Part shown: positions 57,901-64,000 of the stretch, piece after piece | How positions within the stretch are numbered: position 1 is the first letter of the stretch | Layout of the letters: each line of letters starts with the position of its first letter | IMG/VR virus record: IMGVR_UViG_3300042544_001590 | Coordinates: 1 to 64,000 of that record | DNA: 64,000 nucleotides | Direction: 5' to 3' (one strand) | The notes under the pieces: model-generated | The model's database searches: none | What the model was told of the DNA's origin: nothing | What the model saw: only the letters and a program-made list of their open reading frames with translations | Program-made: the position numbers and the translations under genes

Positions 57901-58557
57901 ATGACAACAATTGAATTTTGCAGCAAATACTCTCTTAGTGAAATGTGTGAGGAAGGACGGAATTTCGCTTTGAGTCTTGAAACAATGTCTCAAGTTTGGG
58001 AAAATTGTAGAAATCCGAGTTGGCTTTTCTGGATTCTCGACAAATGCAAGCCGCTGGATAAGGAACAATCCGTGAGATTGTCCATTGCATTTGCGGAAAC
58101 TTGTCTTATTAATGTTCCCGATGGAGAAACTCGCCCCAAACTTGCGATTGAAGCCTCAAAAGCATGGCTTGATAATCCATGCGAAGAAACAGAGTTAGCA
58201 GCAACATCAGCAGCAGAGTCAGCATCAGTAGCAGCATCAGCAGCATGGTCAGCACGGTCAGCAGCAGAGTCAGCAGCACGGTCAGCAGCATGGTCAGCAT
58301 GGTCAGCACGGTCAGCAGCACGGTCAGCAGCAGAGTCAGCAGCATGGTCAGCAGCAGAGTCAGCAGCATGGTCAGCAGAGTCAGCAGCAGAGTCAGCAGC
58401 ACGGTCAGCAGCACGGTCAGCAGCATGGTCAGCACGGTCAGCACGGTCAGCAGCAGAGTCAGCAGCATGGTCAGCAGCAGAGTCAGCAGCACGGTCAGCA
58501 GCACGGTCATCGCAATGCAATACGATACGGGAAATGATTTCAAACCCCTTCGGTTAA
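57901..58557 (+). CDS. Protein with low-complexity SA(A)W/R/E repeat tract
   Basis: GTCAGCA(GCA) 9/12-bp units ~58195-58510; N-terminal RP..AIEA..AWL domain. Confidence 0.75.
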   Translation: MTTIEFCSKYSLSEMCEEGRNFALSLETMSQVWENCRNPSWLFWILDKCKPLDKEQSVRLSIAFAETCLINVPDGETRPKLAIEASKAWLDNPCEETELAATSAAESASVAASAAWSARSAAESAARSAAWSAWSARSAARSAAESAAWSAAESAAWSAESAAESAARSAARSAAWSARSARSAAESAAWSAAESAARSAARSSQCNTIREMISNPFG

Positions 58558-58992
58558 AAACTAGAATAAGATAACACCATGACATTAAACGAGATCAAAA
58601 CAGCGGTTCGGGACGGTAAAAAAGTGTGCTGGGCAACCCCGATCTACGAAGTGATCAATCCGATCAAATCACCAACTTTGGATGCCAACGAAGAGCAATG
58701 GCTGATTCGGTGCAAGGCAAACGGTTCTTGCATTGGTTTGACACACCAAGACAATATCACGATGAACGGCGAGGAGAGCGAATTCTTCATCGCATAAAAA
58801 CTAGCCTATAATCACACCATGCAAGAAACAATGTCAATGAGAGTCCGGTCTGATAGGTGGGAATGGATTATGAAATGGTGTGAGGAAAACGGAAAGGATT
58901 GGAGGATTGAGGGAGATTGCCAAGAAGCAAGGATGGCATGGATCAAGTTCATCCAAGAAACCAAACCATAAAAACTAGCCTATAATCATCCC

Positions 58993-59061
58993 ATGCCTGA
59001 CAATATGTGCGAATACGATATCCAAGACATGATTGACTATCACAACGGGATTGTTAAGTAG
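58993..59061 (+). CDS. 22-aa peptide MPDNMCEYDIQDMIDYHNGIVK
   Basis: ATG at module +1; paralog of 57620. Confidence 0.55.
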   Translation: MPDNMCEYDIQDMIDYHNGIVK

Positions 59062-59070
59062 AATTTAAAT

Positions 59071-59147
59071 GGTTGCGTAGCCCAACCGCTAGAGGCCACA
59101 GACTTAAAATCTGTTCAGTATGGGTTGGAATCCCATCGCAACTACCA
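59071..59147 (+). tRNA. tRNA-Leu(UAA), short variable loop, C19-G56 swap
   Basis: GGTTGCG/CGCAACT-A-CCA; ACAGA-CTTAAAA-TCTGT; T-loop TTGGAAT. Confidence 0.85.
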
Positions 59148-59173
59148 TTTTTTAAAAACTAAAACACAATAAC

Positions 59174-59464
59174 GCTGAAGTGCTGGCACCCGCTGTCGAA
59201 AAAACTACAACGAAGCCCCAAATGTCTGATACCGAAAAACTTGCGGAAGCCACTGATAGCGGGTTGCTCCAGCCACGCCTTGTTCGGCTTCTTCCGTGTC
59301 CGTTCTGCGGTTCCGAAGCTCGCATTGGACAAGGCGACGGATGGCCGGGGGAAACCGTGGTCGAGTGCAGCAATGACGAAAACTGCCGCGCTCAAATGTC
59401 CTGCATCTGGGGCGAGAAGAATGAAACCGAACTCTGGAACGCCCGCGCAAATCCTCAGCCGAAC
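59174..59464 (-). mobile_element. Single integron-type cassette (attC 59171-59288) inserted in a module spacer
   Basis: AAC-GCTGAAGT-GCTGG-CACCCGCTGTC ... GATAGCGGGTTG-CT-CCAGC-CACGCCTT-GTTCGGC; far end GCCGAAC; excision restores CACAAT-AACAAC-ATG. Confidence 0.8.
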
Positions 59465-59626
59465 AACATGAAACAACTTGCAACTCTCGCCTTCTATGCG
59501 AAATACGCCGGATGGCAATCCTATCACAAGTCCATGCTTCCCCAAGTCAAAGCCCTAACACGCAAGGGATTTCTGGAAATGAATGAGCATGGGCAAGCGC
59601 GGTTCACGGGAAAGTGTCAAGATTAA
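59222..59626 (+). CDS. Lar-family restriction-alleviation-like protein fused in frame to the resident gene (ATG 59468)
   Basis: LLPCPFCGSEA...VEC....C...WNAR. Confidence 0.65.
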   Translation: MSDTEKLAEATDSGLLQPRLVRLLPCPFCGSEARIGQGDGWPGETVVECSNDENCRAQMSCIWGEKNETELWNARANPQPNNMKQLATLAFYAKYAGWQSYHKSMLPQVKALTRKGFLEMNEHGQARFTGKCQD

Positions 59627-59642
59627 AAAACTAGCCTAGAAT

Positions 59643-59717
59643 GCGCTTGTAGCTCAGTGGTTAGAGCGAGCCTCTCATAAAGGCTGGGTCGATGGTTCAA
59701 TCCCATCCGAGCGCACC
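59643..59717 (+). tRNA. tRNA with CAU anticodon (elongator Met or Ile2)
   Basis: GCGCTTG/CGAGCGC, AGCCT-CTCATAA-AGGCT, ends ACC. Confidence 0.88.
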
Positions 59718-59737
59718 TTTAAAAACTAGCATAGAAT

Positions 59738-59814
59738 GGATGCGTAGCTCAACTGGATAGAGCAATTCCCTTCTAAGGAATAGGTTGTGGGTTCAAATCC
59801 CGCCGCGTCCACCA
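59738..59814 (+). tRNA. tRNA-Arg(UCU)
   Basis: GGATGCG/CGCGTCC-A-CCA, ATTCC-CTTCTAA-GGAAT. Confidence 0.92.
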
Positions 59815-59838
59815 TAAAAACTAAACCATAATCACACC

Positions 59839-62800
59839 ATGACCCACAAGGAACACCTGCTCAAAACACAATTCGGATTCATTGCCACCAAGGAAGATGA
59901 GGAAAAGCTTATCGCAGAGGATCGCTTCACACCCGTTCTGGTGCGCTGTGGCAATGGAAGGTTCCGTTGCGCGGTGCAGGATTTGGCACACTTCGTCAAG
60001 GTGATCAATGCCAGCAAAGAGGACTATGTGAGGGACGCATCCGTGACCCTATAAAAACTAAACCATAATAACACCATGTTCGACAAACCAATTGCAACCC
60101 GCCCTTACTCATCCCATCCTGATGATTCCTATCTCCAAGTGGTTCTCCACAAGAACTTCAAGGGGGAATATGTCACCCATATCCAGAATCTCCATACAGG
60201 CGGATTCGTGCATGGCCATTACTTTGGCAAGGACACGGATGCGCTGGAAAAGGCAACCCAAGACTTCAAGAACCGATAAAAACTAAACCATAATCACACC
60301 ATGACCAAGAAATACCTGATAATCAAGCTGGAAGCCAAGGAAAGCCAAATTCCCGATGGTTACAATATGACAACCCGGACGGAATATTTCGGGGTTACAA
60401 CCGGATATCCCTTTCCCCATGACACTCTGGAAGAGGCGGAAGAGGAATTGGCACGGAATATTTACAAGTTTGAGCAATACACGATCATTCCGGTCTATAC
60501 CTACGAATAAAAACTAGATTAAGATAACACCATGACCGAAACACAAGCAAGGCAAGCTCTGGATGCGTGGACAATCAAGACCTATCTGGATTGGGTCAAT
60601 AATTACCTGACCATTGAAAAGATGGCAAGCGATTACAATCTCTCCCCAAAAGGAATGAAAGCAATCCTTGAAAAAGGCAAGGAACTTTATGAAGGATAAA
60701 AAACTAGAATAAGATAAATCCATGCATTACACAATCAATATCTCCCTCAATGGGTATCACTTATTTGCAACAGCGGATCATAGCTTGTGCGATACCCAAG
60801 AATACATCAGATGCTTCGCCATCTTGAAAGCGAAATTTCCTGAAAGCGAAGGATATAAAGTGGATGGAACCCTATGGAAGACAATCGGTAACTCGGTGAA
60901 TGATTCCGGTGATAAAAACTAGAATAAGATAAAGCCATGCAATACAACCTACTGATTGATTGGGGAAACGGAGAGAAAAGCTTTCAGGAATTTGACAACC
61001 TGATCCTAGCTCAAAAAGCAATGGAAAACTCCAAGGACAATCCCGAAATCGAATTTATCATTCTGGTAAAGAGCGAAATGCTGGGATTCTGGTCAAACCC
61101 ATGCAGCGGAGAAGAGGACTGATAAAAACTAGCGTAAGATCAGGACATGAAACAATTCAACCTATTCTGGAAGTTCTCAGGTATTAAGAACTACGACCCC
61201 CACCAAACCATCACCGCAAGGAATCTCCCGGAAGCCTTGGAAATAGCTGCAAACGACCATGGTTTCCTGATTAGGGGAGAAACCCTAAAACGCAACGGCA
61301 ACCGTAGAATTGAATTTTGGGGATATGCCGGGGAAGGAACGATGAAAGTCCCCGCACCGATTATCCAAGGGGTGATTGCCAATGCTTAAAAACTAGCGTA
61401 AGATCAGGACATGACAATCAACGGAATCCAAATTAAGACAACCCTTTCCAACACCAAAAAACCGGATTGGAGCAGGGGCAATCATAACCATTACAAGGTG
61501 CGGATTTCCAAGGGAAGGAATAGCGTATCCTTTGATTACTTTGACAGCATCCACAATACGCAAAATAATGAGGAAGCGGACATGAAAGATATCCTTTTCT
61601 GCTTTGCATCCGATGTGAGCAACGGGCGGGAGGAATTCGATGATTCCATGATGACTCCCAAGCAATACCGAGAATGCAAGCGTGTGGCCAATGCTGCGGA
61701 AAGGATGGGCATTTCCAACGAAACACTGGCGGAATGGTGGCAGCTTTAAAACAAAGGACGCGGGAATCAGTGTGACAAAATGACGCACCTCCACCTAAGT
61801 CTCTGATAGTGTGACAAAATGACGCACTCAAGGTGCGACAAAATGACGCACTGTGACAAAATGACGCACTTTAGGAATAGAAGGATACGAAAGGATAGGG
61901 GAAATAACTTTTAAAAACTAGCGTAAGATTTCAGCATGACGAAATTACTCGACAAAGAACACGTGAAAGCAATGGTAAAAGCTCTGGAAAGCGCGGGCTT
62001 GCCTTTGGAAAAGGATTGGCAAAGCGGGACTGTTCGGGCATACATCAACGGCAAGGAAATCTTCGCCGCTCTGGAGAAGGGCAAGAACCAGCCTTGGATT
62101 GTGCGCCATGTTGATGATCTGTTCGCATAATGTTCCTAATCAGAATGTTCCTTGATATGACATAATCGACAAAGCCAAGTTATATCAAGAGGTTTGGAAT
62201 AATCTTTATGATGCATTTCCTCGCCTATCTCACCACATATACAATTTTCGCGCAATATCTTACCACGTTTTAAATATACATTTGCTGTTGATCGTGCATT
62301 AGCTTTCAATCGCTGAATATCACTAAGTTCTGAATGTTTGGTTCTATTGATTCGCATCCATTCAGCACGGCATGATTTACACCAACGTTGATTATTAACC
62401 CGCTCATTCACTTTACATTTATTACAATATGTCATAATAATACTTAGAATATTGTTCCACATTTGTATAGTGGAACAAGTGATGTTTAAAAACTAGCCTA
62501 GACTGATCACATGAAGGAACTGCCACCGTGCCACAAAGATTCCCCCCTCCATGATAAATGGCTTGTCATTGTCGCTCAAATGGAGGATGAGGGATGCGAT
62601 ACATCCGATGCCCAATCCATAGCCGATATTGAGGTGTTTAAAAACTAGATTAAGATTTAGCTACCAATACAACGCCGGAGCCGCTGCGGAGCGGAGTCCC
62701 CCGCAAAGGGACATATAAAAAAGCTTTTGTCGTTCGATTCCCGGATGCATACGGGATAGAGCAAGAGGACTAGCTATCCTTGGACAAGACGAAAGCGGAG

Positions 62801-64000
62801 GGTTCGAAACCTTCCTCGGGCTTCCTTTTCTTAAAAACTAAACCAGAATAACACCATGACGAGACAATATACAAACCGACTGCTGGAAATGATCGAAGAT
62901 GGTCTGCTTGACAAGGACAACGTGATCATGGCTTGTGTCAAATACATGTCGGAGGACGATGTGGAGGACATGATGAAATGCAACGAATTTCTGGAGGACG
63001 AAGAAGAGGAGGATGAGGACGAATAAAAACTAGCGTAAGATAGCCTCACCATGAAACGATACGCCATAAGATCAAAACAAAAGGAAATAGGATATATCAA
63101 ATTTACAGTTCCCACCATTGAAGTATTACATTTCAATTCTCCTTTCTTTCTTGGATCGTGGTGTGCTGACAATGGAACACTGTGGACATGTTTGGATGAT
63201 GGGAAAAACATTTTTGAGAATGAGAATGAAGCCAAGGAAAGATTGGCCGAAATCATCAAGGAATTGTTCGCTTAAAAACTAGACCAGAATAACACCATGA
63301 TAATCACATACACCGCAAGATACGCAGATGGTGAAAAAGTCACGTTCACGGGAAAATTCGATGACCTGAAAGACTTTGGGAATTTCGCTCACCGTGAGAG
63401 CAAAAGGCCGAATTACAATGGTGATATGTTCATCATCATTAGCATCGTTTAAAAACTAGCCTAAGATTATCGCACCATGAAACAACTCATCCTTGACACC
63501 CTCGCCGCGTTCTTCCTGTTCGCGTTCACTCCCATCGTCCTGTTCATCCTGATCGGATAACCTTTATAAAAACTAGCGTAAGCTCGTAGCACCATGAAAC
63601 TGAAAATAACAAGCACCGCACCAGTCGCAGTCGAAACCTATGTTGAGGGTAATATTGTCCTCGGGCATTTCGAGTACAACGAGGGTGATTCCGCCCTTGG
63701 GGTCAATCCCCACTTTGTCCTTGTCGATGAAGTGTCGGATGACTTCCCAATCCTTTGGGAAGGGCAGGAAGTGACCATTCACAACGGGTGGTTCATCTTC
63801 GATGACGTTCACTTCGGAGAAGTGAAATTCAAGTTCGCCGGATATTAAACCAACCCCGAAAGGGGTTCAATCCCCCTTATAAAAACTAGCCTAGACTGAT
63901 CTCGTAACCAACACCAACCAACACCATGACCAACAAACAAATCATCGCAAAATTCGTGCAAGGCGCAACCAAGGGCAAGAACAGCCTGAAAAGCATGTTC
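59839..64000 (+). CDS. Array of very small module-headed hypothetical genes (59839, 60076, 60301, 60532, 60722, 60937, 61147, 61411, 61936, 62511, 62856, 63051, 63297, 63477, 63594, 63926 partial)
   Basis: Each start follows a module, mostly at the fixed distance. Confidence 0.7.
61771..61869 (+). repeat. Four 18-bp direct repeats TG(T/C)GACAAAATGACGCAC in a non-coding gap
   Basis: Copies at 61771, 61810, 61834, 61852. Confidence 0.92.
62136..62435 (-). CDS. Small HNH endonuclease-like protein
   Basis: CNKC..CKSC, then CICG...HHKDYSKPLDITWLCRLCHIKEH; TAAGTA 5 nt before ATG. Confidence 0.8.
   Translation of the reverse strand: MTYCNKCKVNERVNNQRWCKSCRAEWMRINRTKHSELSDIQRLKANARSTANVYLKRGKILRENCICGEIGEEMHHKDYSKPLDITWLCRLCHIKEHSD
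62674..62825 (+). ncRNA. Unknown ~150-nt RNA with tRNA-like T arm and acceptor-like closure
   Basis: GCCGGAG/CTCGGGC, GAGGG-TTCGAAA-CCTTC, GCTTTTGTC/GACGAAAGC, GTCCC/GGGAC, TCCCG/CGGGA; follows module at 62639. Confidence 0.6.

Larger units (their letters stand above)
7577..63903 (+). promoter_or_regulatory. Dispersed family (~95-100 copies) of a 24-bp promoter/junction module TAAAAACTAR-NN-nAnnnT-N6-ATG
   Basis: First T e.g. at 7577, 7779, 9589, 10520, 11564, 12056, 13930, 16177, 16434, 18733, 20599, 22021, 24718, 26462, 28865, 29705, 29993, 30493, 32431, 33061, 35638, 36138, 37672, 41400, 44964, 47361, 50165, 52205, 56031, 58555, 60277, 61387, 63273, 63880; all seen on + strand; hexamers TACAAT/TATAAT/TAGAAT/TACACT/TAAGAT/CATAAT/GATACT. 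Confidence 0.92.

Noticed and set aside
61771-61869. Mini-CRISPR
   Set aside because: Gaps of 21, 6 and 0 bp are not spacers
62720-62800. Hammerhead ribozyme (three helices plus GAAA)
   Set aside because: CTGANGA core absent and the GAAA is paired in the closing helix
7577-63903. TAG stop-codon reassignment suggested by many KN-TAG ends
   Set aside because: Long genes are intact under code 11, module TAG is out of frame with the next ATG, and no suppressor tRNA is seen
44000-64000. Module repeats as a CRISPR array for the TnpB/Cas12-like gene
   Set aside because: Intervals are whole genes of variable length (70-1000 bp), repeats are degenerate and non-palindromic, and there are no cas1/cas2 genes
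1-64000. Integron integrase or other site-specific recombinase gene
   Set aside because: No ORF with recognisable tyrosine (R-H-R-Y) or serine recombinase motifs in this window

Overview
64 kb of a large T4-like (myovirus-type) phage genome; host not identifiable from this window. The left end (1-7.4 kb) holds baseplate/tail-type genes, a possible small terminase, a dTDP-glucose 4,6-dehydratase and a metallophosphoesterase. The rest is a hyperplastic early region of more than 150 small, almost all + strand ORFs. These include RNA ligases 1 and 2, a kinase, phosphoesterases, RadA-like, RlpA-like, DUF932, SprT and Lar proteins, GIY-YIG and HNH endonucleases, a stand-alone TnpB-like nuclease and five tRNAs. 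Five things stand out. (1) About 95-100 hand-counted copies of a 24-bp module, TAAAAACTAR-NN-(nAnnnT)-N6-ATG, which usually supplies the upstream stop codon and looks like a leaderless promoter with a non-canonical upstream element; neighbouring copies are often identical. (2) Integron-type attC gene cassettes with no integrase in the window, one inserted precisely at an AAC/GTT inside such a module. (3) Several long structured RNAs with tRNA-like ends, two sharing near-identical flanks. (4) A TnpB-like element that appears to have split a gene start and restored it with its own promoter and ATG. (5) A second, late-type TAARTA-N5/6-start promoter used by structural genes and the selfish nucleases. 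All function calls come from motif recognition by eye; no searches were run.
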